From IMG/VR virus record IMGVR_UViG_3300025715_000001: a stretch of DNA of 64,000 nucleotides. One strand, given 5' to 3'. A program made the translations under genes and the position numbers. The notes beneath the pieces are model-generated. The model saw only the letters and a list, made by a program, of their open reading frames with translations. It was not told the origin of the DNA and did not search any database. Below are positions 54,666 to 64,000 of this stretch, piece by piece; within the stretch, counting starts at the first letter, position 1, and each line of letters begins with the position of its first letter. Source of the stretch: a virus.

Positions 54666-54995
54666 ATGTTAATCCCACCGTCACGACCGCAACTGCTGCG
54701 GACAATAGACCTGGCGTTGCAGGATCAAGACCCGGAGCGGTATCAGCGCCTGCACCAGAGCCAGGAACTCCCGACCTTTCTTCAGAATCGGGCCGAGGAA
54801 ATGGAGGAGGCGTACTTCGAGGGCAAGGACGCGGTGATCGAGGGAATGCTGCGCTTTCAGCAAACCCAGCCGGAAGGGGACGCGGCGGCCTGGATCCAGA
54901 CCCAGAGCCTGGCGTTGTGGCACCAAATCCTGGCGGACTTCCTGGAATTCCGCCCACTGAGCGAAGCGATTACCGACTCCCCCTGGGAGGATTGA
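54666..54995 (+). CDS. 109-aa ORF in frame 0, nested within the open frame 2
   Basis: AAAGGAGGA SD at 54652-54660 and a TGgTATACT extended -10-like site at 54622-54630. GC3 is roughly 75% in this frame against about 40% in frame 2 (hand count). Confidence 0.65.
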   Translation: MLIPPSRPQLLRTIDLALQDQDPERYQRLHQSQELPTFLQNRAEEMEEAYFEGKDAVIEGMLRFQQTQPEGDAAAWIQTQSLALWHQILADFLEFRPLSEAITDSPWED

Positions 54996-57900
54996 CCCGC
55001 GAAGGCTCGTGGCTGGCGACTGCGCAACGCAACGCCGACATTCTCGAACTGGCGGCCCGCATCGAAAACGAGGGCCGCCCTGCCACCCCCGACGAACAAG
55101 CCCTGCTGGTCAAGTATGTGGGCTTTGGCGCGGGCGAAATCCGCAACAAACTGTTCCCGCCAGCAACGCCGGAAGAACTGACGCAAGACCCGGACGCCAA
55201 TCGCCGCATCCGTCCTGCCATCACCCGCCGCTATCTGCAAACCACCGGCATCAGTGCCGCCGAACAAAAGCGGTGGATCGCCGTCGCCGAACGCCTGGAA
55301 CGCGCCCTGACGCCCGACGATCAGGAAACCCTGCTGCGCTCCACTCAGTACGCCCACTACACCAGCGAATCCATCATCCGCTCGATTTGGCGGGCGATGG
55401 AACAGTTCGGCTTTGGTGGCGGCAAGGTACTGGAGCCGGGCATGGGCATTGGCAGTTTTGCCCTGGCCATGCCGGAAGGGATTTACCGCGCCAGTCAGTA
55501 TGTCGGCGTCGAGATGGACGGTCCTACCGCGCGCATCGCCAAGCTGCTGTCGCCGCGCCAGACCATCAATCAAGCCGATTTCACCAGGCAGTCGCTGCCC
55601 CGCGATTACTTTGACGTGGCGATTGGCAATCCGCCCTTCAGCCGCACCATCATCGAATCCGATCCTGAATACGCCGCGCGGCGGTTCTCGCTGCACGATT
55701 ATTTCTTTGCCAAGTCCATGGACCGGGTACGGCCCGGTGGGCTGGTGGTGTTCATCACCAGCCGGCACACCCTGGACAAGCAGAACGACAAGGCGCGCAC
55801 CTATCTGGCCGAGCGGGCCGATTTTCTGGGCGCGATCCGGTTGCCGCAAACGGCGTTCAGCGCCAATGCCGGCACCGAAGTCGTCACCGATGTGATCTTC
55901 CTGCGCAAGCGCCAACCGCTTGACGCGCCCGCAGGCGCCTCTTGGACCGGGCTGGACACGCTCACGACCGCCGATGGTCCCGTGGCGGTCAACGAATACT
56001 TTGTCGCCCACCCCGAAATGATCCTGGGCCAACCGCGCCTGAGCGGCAACCGGGACGATCTGAACCGGTACATCTCTGGCCTGCATCCGGGCGACTTTAC
56101 CGTGGTGTCCTACGACGACTCACCCGCCGAACTGGAAGCCCAGTTCGCCAAGGCGGTCGAAACGTTGCCGCGCAATCTCTACAGCCCGGTGCTGCAAGAC
56201 CCGGAAACGGTGCGCACCGTGACCGCCCAGCGCGATTTCGCACCCAAGACCAATCGGGAAGGAGCGTTGTACCTGGCCGATAACGGCACGCTGATGCGGG
56301 TCGAGAACGGCGCTGGGCGGCCCCTGAGCGAAGTTGCGCCCTGGCTGAAGCCCAAACAACTGCCGTTCGTCCAGGACTATCTGGGGCTGTTGCAGCAGGT
56401 ACGCGCCACCAAGCTAAGTCAATGGGAAGACGGCGCCTGGGAACAGGAACTGGCCGCCCTCAATGCCCGTTACGATGCGTTCCGCGCCCAGCACGGGCCG
56501 CTGCTGGCCTATACCGTGCAACAGCGGGTCGCGCCCGAAGTCAAGGAGACCTGGGCGGCGTTGACCGTCGAAGAGCGGCGCTGGGTGTTTGATGCGGCCA
56601 AGATTCCCTTCCAAGCCTGGGAGAAGATGACGCCGGAGACCAAACGCGCGATTGCGCAGGCACTGAGTGATCAGGCGGCGTTGCCGGCGGCGATTCGGGA
56701 CAAGCTGGCGGAACGCATCAGCGAAGACAATGACCTGCTCAGCGAAAGCCGAACCTTCCAAAACAAACGACTGTTGGAACTGGACAGCGACAGTTCGGTT
56801 GCCTACGCCCTGGAAAACATCAACGAACAGGGCGACATCGTTAAAGCCCCGTTCCTGAAGGGGCGCACCATTCGCCCGCCCCAAGCCCGGACCGTCGCCA
56901 CCCCTCAAGACGCGCTGGCGGTGTCGCTGGATCGCAAGGGCTATCTGGATTTGGCGGACGTGGCCGGCGAACTGGACCTCGACCGCGACGAGACGCTGGC
57001 CCGGCTGGGCACGCTGGTCTACCAAACGCCAGCGGGCGAATGGCAGTTAGCCGACGAGTACCTGTCCGGCGACGTAGTGACCAAACTGGCCGAGGCTGAA
57101 CTGGCGGCCCGCCTCAACCCAGCGCTGCAACGCAACGTCGAGGCGCTCCGCGATGTACAACCGATGCCCAAAGGAATCGGAAGCATCACGGTCAAGATCG
57201 GCGCGGGCTGGATCGAACCGCGCTACATCGAGCAGTTTGCGCGCGAGGCGCTGGAACTGCCGGCGCGAGTGACGTTTGACCCGCTGACGACCACCTGGCA
57301 AGTCCGGTCGGAAGATACCAGCGGACGCCGCAATGAACGGGCGGTGGCGCATCCCTATGGGGTGCTCAACCAGCTATCGCCCTACGAGGTGTTGCAGGCG
57401 GCGTTGCGCAATACCCGCATCACGATCAGCGACACCGTGCGCAATCCCGACGGCAGCAAAGCCACAGTCACCAACACCGAACTGACGCTGCGGGCGAACG
57501 AACTGGCGAAGCAGATCGGCGAGCAGTTCAAAGCCTGGGTCTGGCGCGACGGCGTGCGGGCGCTGGATTTGGTCAATACCTACAACGACCGGTTCAACCG
57601 GTTGGCGGGACGCAAGTTTGACGGTTCCCATCTGACCCTGCCGGGCTTGTCGCTGCGGTATGTCCTGCACCCCCATCAAAAACGGGCGATCTGGCGCATT
57701 ATCCAAACCGGCAATACTTATTTGGCGCACGCGGTCGGGGCCGGTAAAACCCTGGAACAGATTGTGGCCGGTATGGAGCAACGGCGGTTGGGACTGATTC
57801 GGCGCCCGATGTACGTGGTGCCCAATCACATGCTGGAGCAGTTCGCGTCCGAGTTCATGGACGCCTACCCCACCGCGAACATCATGGTGGCCAGCGGCAA

Positions 57901-60900
57901 AAACTTTACCGGCGACAACCGCAGACGGTTCCTGGCGCAAGCGGCGCTCAACAATCCCGACGCCATCATCCTCACCCACAGTTCGATGAAGCTGATCGGA
58001 ATGCGGGAAGAAACCCTGGCCCCGGTACGCCGCCAAATCCTGAACGACATCCAGGAAGCGATTGCCGAACTGGGGGCCGGGCAGGACACCCGCATTTTGC
58101 GGTCCCGGCTGGAACAGCAATACGAACAGGCCCAGCAGCGGTTTGACAAAATGATCGGCAGTGGCGACCGGAGCGGCACGTCCATTCGCTTTGAAGACCT
58201 GGGCGCCGATTTCGTGTTCTACGACGAAGCCCACGAAGCGCGCAAGCTGGATTTCACCACCGGGCTGCAAATCAAGGGTATTGATCCGAAAGGCTCCTGG
58301 CAGGCGCTGGATTTGTACGTCAAGACCCGCTGGCTGGAAGCGCAGCATCCAGGACGGTCATTTGTGTTCGCCTCCGGGACCCCGGTCACGAATACGATGG
58401 GCGAACTGTTTACCGTGATGCGCTTTTTCGATGAAGCCAGTTTGCGGCAACTGAACGTCCATACCTTCGATGCCTGGGCGGCGATGTTCGGCGAAGAGGT
58501 GATGGAATACGAGCCGGACGCCACGGGGGTATTGAAACCGGTTTCGCGGTTCTCCAAGTTCAACAACGTGCCGGCGCTGATGGCGCAGGTGCGGTCCTTC
58601 ATGGATATTTTGACCGGCACCCAGTTACGGTCGGTGGTCAAGAACATCCCCCAGATCGAAGGCGGCGCCCCGGCGATGCTGGAAGCAGACAAGTCGCCGG
58701 ACCTGAATACCTACATGCAGCAGGTGCTGGCGCCGCGCCTGGAGCAATCGCGGAGATTCAAACCCTCTCGTGAGGAACCGGGTAATCCAGACCCGATCAT
58801 GGCGATCAATAACGATGCTCTGCTGGCGTCCATTGATTTGCGCTTTACCAACCCAGCCTTGCCCAGCGACCCCCATTCCAAGCTCAACCGGATGATTGAC
58901 GAAATCATCACGGACTATCGCGCGGGGGCAGACCAGATTTATCGAGACCGCGACGGGCAGCCGATGGTGTTGCCGGGCAGTACCCAAATCGTGTTTTACA
59001 ACGTGGGCTTCGGCGAAGGGGTGTTAAACCGGCGCGGATTCGATGCGCGCGCCTGGGTGAATCGGCGGCTTAAGCAAGCCGGGATTCCGCTGGATCAAGT
59101 CGCCTGGTTCGATGACGCCAAAACCGCCGCCAATAAAGAGCGGGTCTTCCGCGATGTTCGCGCCGGTAAGGTGCGCATCCTGCTGGGGTCGGCCAAGAAA
59201 ATGGGCACGGGCGTCAACGTACAAAATCGGCTGGAAGTCTTGCACTACCTGGATCCGCCCTGGTATCCGGCGCTGGTCGAGCAGCCGTTCGGGCGCATTC
59301 TGCGGCAAGGCAACCAGAACCCCACGATTCGGATCAAGCTGTACGGCACCAAAGGCACGTATGAGGCGGCGCAATGGGGGCTGCTGGCGCGCAAGATGCG
59401 CTTTATCGAAGCGGCCTTGTCGGGCGACAGCACGATTGACAGCATTGAAGACGTGTCGGCGGCTTCGGTGTACGAACAGGCCACCGCCGCCGTAGCGGGC
59501 GACCCGCGTTTCAAACAACTGGCCGACCTGACCAACACCATTCGCAAGCTGGAAACCCTGCGCGCCGCGCATCAGCAAAATCAGGCGGCGTTGCATGGCC
59601 GGCAGCGGGACCTGGAAAACAGTCTGGACTGGAAAACCCGCTATGCGCGGCATTGGCGCGTGGTGGAAGAGGAATTGGGCGAATACGCTGAACGGGCGGT
59701 CTTCGAGTCCGGCGAACTGAACGGCAAGACCTACACCAAGCGCAACGAATTTGCCGAAGCCCTGTTCCAGGAAGTCAATCGGCGCTTGCCGAAGCTTCAG
59801 GATGAAGGCGCGCTGGCGCAACTGGCGCAGCGCCCCATTCAGTTAGGCAAGCTCAACGGGCGATTCCCAATCGTTCTGCAAGGCAAGGCGGCGGGCCAAT
59901 ACGATACCAAAGAATTGAAATTGGTCGTCACGGTTCCCAGCGAGGAATTTTGGATTCGGAAACACGTGGGTTCGGATGTCGAAACTGAATTCCCTCTCGC
60001 ACAAAGCGGCTACGACCTCGGTAGTGCGCTGAACAAAATGAGCAGTAGCGGTCAAACCCGCCGCAGTTACGAAGACGAAATTCGGATCGCGCAAGAAGAC
60101 TTACGACGCACGATGGCCCAAATCGGCGCTCCATTCCCGCAAGAAGCGGAATTGGGCCGGGCCATTGCCGACCGCGCGGCGCTCGAACAGGAGATGACCG
60201 AAGCCAAGATGCCGATTCCGGCGGATGACCGCTTGGTGGCGGAAGCCGAAGCGCGGCGCATCGAACATCAGGAACAGGCCCAGCGCATCGCGCAAGCAAC
60301 TCCCACCACCCCGCCCCAACGCTTTGCCATTGCCGCCACCCCCGCCTCGGTGCGCGCCTCGCTGGAAGCCATTGCCGGTGACCGGATCGTACAAGACCTG
60401 ATAGACGCCGGCTCGCTGGCGCTGGTCGCTACCCAGCAGGACGCGGTACGCCGGTCGCAAGGCCGGATTCAGATTCCCCCCGGCCAGCGGGTCGGCGGCG
60501 CGGTAGACCCGGAAACCGGGACCGTGTACCTGATCGCCGAGCACATCCGCCCGGAAGACGTGGCCGGACTGCTGCGTCACGAGGTCGCGGTGCATCAGCG
60601 GCGCCTGGGGCTGGATCAACCCAAGCCGCGCGCCCTGCGGCTCGCCATGGCCTTGTTGCGCCTGACGCCGGCACGGCAATGGATGGGCGAGACCACATTC
60701 GCGGGCGTGCTCGACCAGATGGAACGGATGCGGAAGGCCGGTAACGTTCGCGTGGTCGCGGCTTTCGAGCAGGCCCTGAAGGCGATGAAGGCGCTGAACC
60801 AGGACGTGAACAATCCGCAGTTGGTCGCCGAGGAGGCGCTGGCGTACCTGGTCGGCGACCAGGCCAATGCCGACCTGCCGCTGTTCCGCCGCATCCTGGC

Positions 60901-63900
60901 CGCCGTGCGCGCCTTCCTGACCCGCGCCGGGTTCAAGCTGGACTTGACCACCGATGATCTGGTGCTGCTGGCGCAATCGGCGCTGGAAACCGCCGCGCAG
61001 CGGGAAGTGCGGGCGGGGGCGATGACGCGGGGCGTGTTTGGCGCTGAAACCACTGCCAGTTTGATGGATCGGTTCAGGAAGACCGGGTTTATCAGCAATC
61101 GAGACGTGCTGGGGATCCTGGGGGACTACCCGCAATATCTGAATACCGTGGCCGAATACATCCTGAGCCAGCATCAAAAGCTGATCGAGGGGAAGGTCAC
61201 GCCGCGCGATGTCGCCAAAGCCTATCTGCTGACCCTGGCCAGCCAGCGGTCGGATGCCATCAATCCGGCTGTGATTCAGGCGCGCACCGGGTTTGTCGTG
61301 CCCGAACGGTTTATTGACCAGAACGGCAAAGTGCGCCCGGAAGAAGCGACGGCGGCCTGGCTGTTGTCCCCCAATGGCAAACGGGCGCTGGACGCGATTG
61401 AACAAGGCCGCCTGGAACCCGCGTTGTGGGAAGAAGGGTTGCAGATACGGGATGCTTTCGGAGCCAATGTCCCCCGCAACCAAGCGTTTACCGAGCGCAC
61501 CTATCAAAAAAATTATGGCGGAAAGCCGCGCACCGAAACCCGCCAGTACAACAATCTGCACGAAATCCTGGCCGTCACGCAGGCCATCAACGCCGCCAAG
61601 GGCGATACGCAAAAGCTGGATGTCGCGTTGCGCAATATGGCCGGGATTGGCCCCGGCAAGACGGGGTTCATCAAGCATTTTCTGGGACTGGGCGATACCC
61701 CGACCGCGGATGCAGTGGAAATCAATACCTGGCTGACCGGTTTGGGTAGCGTCAAAGGGGTCGAAACCGAAGCAGCGACGCTGGCGCGCGAGTTTTCCGA
61801 CAAGAGTGACAAGCCAAAATTGGCAGAGGGCTTCGTTTCCAGAATTGAGCGCCGATTCAACCAGTTAAAGGATCAAACCAATATCCCGGAAAAATATAAG
61901 GATAATCGGGTTTACCAGCATCTCATGCACCATTGGTTGTGGGAACGCGCCAAAGGGCTGCAAACGACCCATGCCGGGGTCTACGAAGCGATGCTGCGGG
62001 CAGCGATCGCCCAGGAAGACGCCGAAGCGGCCCGGCAGTACGCCGAGGTCGTGGCCCGCTACACCAACCCGGACGGTTCCAAGAAAGCCGGCTGGCTGAA
62101 AGCGCCGAACGGGCAACCGACAAAGCTCAACGAGCGGCAGTGGGTGCAGGTAAGGACTCCCAACACCGGCGCGTTCTCCCCGGTCAACCCCGATATTCGC
62201 TATGCCTATGCCGGCGAGCGGGCGGCGACGGGCCAGTACGGCGTGCCATGGCCTACCGATTTTCCAAACATTACGCCGTTGTCCACCATCGCCAAGCTGA
62301 AAGCGCATCCCGAGTACCTTGCAGCCAAGACCGGCGACCGCGCAGCAGCGGTGCGCGTCATCAGCGCCATCATGCAGCGTGACCAGCAAACCAAGTTGCG
62401 CGCGCTGGCCGCTCGGTATCCTGATGCCATAGTCGTACCAGTTCATGCGGTGGAACGTAATGGGACCAATAAGATTCCAAGAACGTTTGCCGATTTTATC
62501 AGTGAACTGACCGGGCTATCGGTTGATACTTCTATCGTGCAAACCAACAAAGTCGGGCGAACCAGCCAAAATACCTGGCATCGCCTGGCGTTTCGCCCGC
62601 AGTTTGATGGCGACGTGCGCCCTGGCGCCCGCTATCTTTTAGTCGATGATGCGGTTACGGGCGGCGGTACGTTTAGCGAATTGCGCCAGTTCATTGAAGG
62701 GCGCGGCGGGCGAGTCGTACACCTGGCGGCTATCGGCGCGGCGCAATTCAGTGCTAAAATAGCCTTATCCGAATCCACCTATCAAACCCTGGAGGCTCGT
62801 TATGGCGCTGAAAACCTCGAACGGTTCCTCCGCGACCATTCCCTCTACGGCGGCAACCCTCGCGCCCTCACCGAGTCCGAAGCCCGCACCCTCCTGGGCG
62901 CCGGGACCCTTGACGCCGCAGGAGATCGAATCACTGCGGCAATCGAACAAGAGCGACTCAGAAGCCAATCGCCGGGAGTTCAAGGCGCTGTTGCAGAAAC
63001 AACGCCTGACACCGTAACGCCGCCTTCGGGCGGCCCCCAACGCTTCGCCATCGCCATCGCCCCCGGCACCCCGCCGCAGATGACCCTGCCGCCGATGACG
63101 CGGGTCGAGGTGCTGCGCCGGGCGATTCAAGACCGGTTCCTGCGCTTCAAGACCCTGCAAGACTGGCTCAAGAAGACAGGCATCAACCTGACGCCCGACG
63201 CCGACGTGTACGGCGAGGAAGAACGCAGCGTTAAACGCTTCGCCGCGCAGGCGCAAGACTTCCGCGACCAGACCCTGACCCCGCTGGTGCAAGCGGCGGG
63301 CCAGGCCGGCTATGCCGTCACCGGGGGCGACTTCATCGCCGCGCTGATGGACGGCCAGTCTTTGCCGGCGCGTTTCAAGCCCAGCATCCCGGAATACCTG
63401 ATCGCCCAACACGCCGCCGAGCGCAACCGGGCCATCGCCAAGATCAACCCGCGCTATGCGGATCCTGATCAACCGGGGTCCGGGCTGACCGACGCTGAAG
63501 CGGCAACCATTCTGGCCCGCTACCGCGCCCTGCCCAACTTCGCCGCCTTCGAGCGCATGGCCGAGCAGTTCCGGGCCATCGCCGAGGGCACCAAAAACCT
63601 GTTGCTGGACGCCGGCATCCTGAACGCCGAGACGGTCGCCGCCTGGGATGCGGCCTATCAGCACTATGTCCCGCTCAAGGGCGGCCCGGACGACGCGCCC
63701 GCGAAACAGGGTACTGGCCCCGGTAATTCAGTGGTGGCCCGCCAGCGCCGTGCCATGGGCCACGATCTGCGCGCCGAGAACGTACTGGAAAACATCTTCC
63801 GCGACCGGGAACGCGCGCTCTTCAACATCGAGAAAAACAAGGTCGGCCAGGCGCTCAAACAATTCGTGGAGCAGGCCAACAATCCGGCCATCGGCACGGT

Positions 63901-64000
63901 CGGCCAGCCCGAAAAGCACGCTACTTTGATCCAGGGCTGGCTGCACGAGGTCTGGATTGAGGGCCGCCCGCTGGGGGCCTACCAGAGCTACAACGACGCC
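54992..64000 (+). CDS. DarB-like polyvalent protein: N6-adenine MTase + SF2/SNF2-type helicase + further domains including a PRTase-like domain; 3' end outside the window
   Basis: TTG at 54992 overlaps the TGA of the 109-aa ORF. VLEPGMGIGSF at 55427-55459, GNPPF at 55625-55639, GAGKT at 57737-57751, DEAH at 58223-58234, QPFGRILRQGN at 59282-59314, YLLVDDAVTGGGT at 62633-62671. No stop before 64000. Confidence 0.75.
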   Translation, partial: MTREGSWLATAQRNADILELAARIENEGRPATPDEQALLVKYVGFGAGEIRNKLFPPATPEELTQDPDANRRIRPAITRRYLQTTGISAAEQKRWIAVAERLERALTPDDQETLLRSTQYAHYTSESIIRSIWRAMEQFGFGGGKVLEPGMGIGSFALAMPEGIYRASQYVGVEMDGPTARIAKLLSPRQTINQADFTRQSLPRDYFDVAIGNPPFSRTIIESDPEYAARRFSLHDYFFAKSMDRVRPGGLVVFITSRHTLDKQNDKARTYLAERADFLGAIRLPQTAFSANAGTEVVTDVIFLRKRQPLDAPAGASWTGLDTLTTADGPVAVNEYFVAHPEMILGQPRLSGNRDDLNRYISGLHPGDFTVVSYDDSPAELEAQFAKAVETLPRNLYSPVLQDPETVRTVTAQRDFAPKTNREGALYLADNGTLMRVENGAGRPLSEVAPWLKPKQLPFVQDYLGLLQQVRATKLSQWEDGAWEQELAALNARYDAFRAQHGPLLAYTVQQRVAPEVKETWAALTVEERRWVFDAAKIPFQAWEKMTPETKRAIAQALSDQAALPAAIRDKLAERISEDNDLLSESRTFQNKRLLELDSDSSVAYALENINEQGDIVKAPFLKGRTIRPPQARTVATPQDALAVSLDRKGYLDLADVAGELDLDRDETLARLGTLVYQTPAGEWQLADEYLSGDVVTKLAEAELAARLNPALQRNVEALRDVQPMPKGIGSITVKIGAGWIEPRYIEQFAREALELPARVTFDPLTTTWQVRSEDTSGRRNERAVAHPYGVLNQLSPYEVLQAALRNTRITISDTVRNPDGSKATVTNTELTLRANELAKQIGEQFKAWVWRDGVRALDLVNTYNDRFNRLAGRKFDGSHLTLPGLSLRYVLHPHQKRAIWRIIQTGNTYLAHAVGAGKTLEQIVAGMEQRRLGLIRRPMYVVPNHMLEQFASEFMDAYPTANIMVASGKNFTGDNRRRFLAQAALNNPDAIILTHSSMKLIGMREETLAPVRRQILNDIQEAIAELGAGQDTRILRSRLEQQYEQAQQRFDKMIGSGDRSGTSIRFEDLGADFVFYDEAHEARKLDFTTGLQIKGIDPKGSWQALDLYVKTRWLEAQHPGRSFVFASGTPVTNTMGELFTVMRFFDEASLRQLNVHTFDAWAAMFGEEVMEYEPDATGVLKPVSRFSKFNNVPALMAQVRSFMDILTGTQLRSVVKNIPQIEGGAPAMLEADKSPDLNTYMQQVLAPRLEQSRRFKPSREEPGNPDPIMAINNDALLASIDLRFTNPALPSDPHSKLNRMIDEIITDYRAGADQIYRDRDGQPMVLPGSTQIVFYNVGFGEGVLNRRGFDARAWVNRRLKQAGIPLDQVAWFDDAKTAANKERVFRDVRAGKVRILLGSAKKMGTGVNVQNRLEVLHYLDPPWYPALVEQPFGRILRQGNQNPTIRIKLYGTKGTYEAAQWGLLARKMRFIEAALSGDSTIDSIEDVSAASVYEQATAAVAGDPRFKQLADLTNTIRKLETLRAAHQQNQAALHGRQRDLENSLDWKTRYARHWRVVEEELGEYAERAVFESGELNGKTYTKRNEFAEALFQEVNRRLPKLQDEGALAQLAQRPIQLGKLNGRFPIVLQGKAAGQYDTKELKLVVTVPSEEFWIRKHVGSDVETEFPLAQSGYDLGSALNKMSSSGQTRRSYEDEIRIAQEDLRRTMAQIGAPFPQEAELGRAIADRAALEQEMTEAKMPIPADDRLVAEAEARRIEHQEQAQRIAQATPTTPPQRFAIAATPASVRASLEAIAGDRIVQDLIDAGSLALVATQQDAVRRSQGRIQIPPGQRVGGAVDPETGTVYLIAEHIRPEDVAGLLRHEVAVHQRRLGLDQPKPRALRLAMALLRLTPARQWMGETTFAGVLDQMERMRKAGNVRVVAAFEQALKAMKALNQDVNNPQLVAEEALAYLVGDQANADLPLFRRILAAVRAFLTRAGFKLDLTTDDLVLLAQSALETAAQREVRAGAMTRGVFGAETTASLMDRFRKTGFISNRDVLGILGDYPQYLNTVAEYILSQHQKLIEGKVTPRDVAKAYLLTLASQRSDAINPAVIQARTGFVVPERFIDQNGKVRPEEATAAWLLSPNGKRALDAIEQGRLEPALWEEGLQIRDAFGANVPRNQAFTERTYQKNYGGKPRTETRQYNNLHEILAVTQAINAAKGDTQKLDVALRNMAGIGPGKTGFIKHFLGLGDTPTADAVEINTWLTGLGSVKGVETEAATLAREFSDKSDKPKLAEGFVSRIERRFNQLKDQTNIPEKYKDNRVYQHLMHHWLWERAKGLQTTHAGVYEAMLRAAIAQEDAEAARQYAEVVARYTNPDGSKKAGWLKAPNGQPTKLNERQWVQVRTPNTGAFSPVNPDIRYAYAGERAATGQYGVPWPTDFPNITPLSTIAKLKAHPEYLAAKTGDRAAAVRVISAIMQRDQQTKLRALAARYPDAIVVPVHAVERNGTNKIPRTFADFISELTGLSVDTSIVQTNKVGRTSQNTWHRLAFRPQFDGDVRPGARYLLVDDAVTGGGTFSELRQFIEGRGGRVVHLAAIGAAQFSAKIALSESTYQTLEARYGAENLERFLRDHSLYGGNPRALTESEARTLLGAGTLDAAGDRITAAIEQERLRSQSPGVQGAVAETTPDTVTPPSGGPQRFAIAIAPGTPPQMTLPPMTRVEVLRRAIQDRFLRFKTLQDWLKKTGINLTPDADVYGEEERSVKRFAAQAQDFRDQTLTPLVQAAGQAGYAVTGGDFIAALMDGQSLPARFKPSIPEYLIAQHAAERNRAIAKINPRYADPDQPGSGLTDAEAATILARYRALPNFAAFERMAEQFRAIAEGTKNLLLDAGILNAETVAAWDAAYQHYVPLKGGPDDAPAKQGTGPGNSVVARQRRAMGHDLRAENVLENIFRDRERALFNIEKNKVGQALKQFVEQANNPAIGTVGQPEKHATLIQGWLHEVWIEGRPLGAYQSYNDA

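Noticed and set aside
60570-60600. HEVAVH in the giant protein as a zincin HExxH metalloprotease site
   Set aside because: The spacing is HExxxH, not HExxH, and I could see no supporting third ligand. It is left unassigned.
48401-64000. Many long minus-strand ORFs (for example 50249..51208, 54857..56086, 57374..58348, 60101..61678, 62765..63664)
   Set aside because: All are antisense to the motif-bearing plus-strand frame. Their translations are Arg/Gly/Pro/Leu-rich without motifs. They are shadow ORFs in GC-rich coding DNA.

Overview
High-GC dsDNA phage, prophage or plasmid-prophage segment, densely coding, with no rRNA, tRNA or CRISPR array seen. From a divergent control region at about 19.9-20.2 kb, one arm runs leftward on the minus strand. 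It carries a cro-like HTH gene, an inserted IscB element, a DUF3102 protein, a Dam-type methyltransferase, an amber-interrupted PD-(D/E)XK nuclease and a ParB-nuclease protein. It continues through a Toprim/DUF3987 primase, a BRO-N antirepressor, a RecD/Dda-like helicase and a VRR-NUC nuclease into tail-fibre and lysis genes. The other arm runs rightward on the plus strand. It carries a ParB/Srx-like protein and a recombination module: Sak4-like ATPase, DUF669 SSB-like protein, PD-(D/E)XK exonuclease and an SF2 helicase carrying an intein. Then come Rha and AlpA-like regulators, terminase, portal, scaffold, capsid, three tandem 164-aa paralogs and very large virion-type genes. Selfish elements are an IS200/IS605 copy (tnpA+tnpB) that appears to split a small lysis-module ORF, a stand-alone IscB with an upstream structured omega-RNA-like region, a LAGLIDADG intein, and two AT-rich cassettes (T5orf172/GIY-YIG-like and HNH). 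Two signals stand out. (1) Two paralogous 77/78-nt structured RNAs on the minus strand have the architecture of the P1/P7 c4 antisense immunity RNA. Each has loop sequences complementary to one box upstream and one box over the downstream RBS, with covariation between the copies. One sits before the BRO antirepressor and, unexpectedly, one before the Dam methylase. A third module with the same logic may precede rha. (2) Frame 2 on the plus strand has no stop codon from 48452 to the window end (15.5 kb). This frame joins what look like three ancestral genes and contains two short islands where the coding signal moves to another frame, one of them a nested 109-aa ORF with its own promoter-like site and SD. 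Its last part is a DarB-like polyvalent protein (N6-adenine MTase + SF2 helicase + PRTase-like domain). All functional calls rest on motifs read by eye. No database search was possible.
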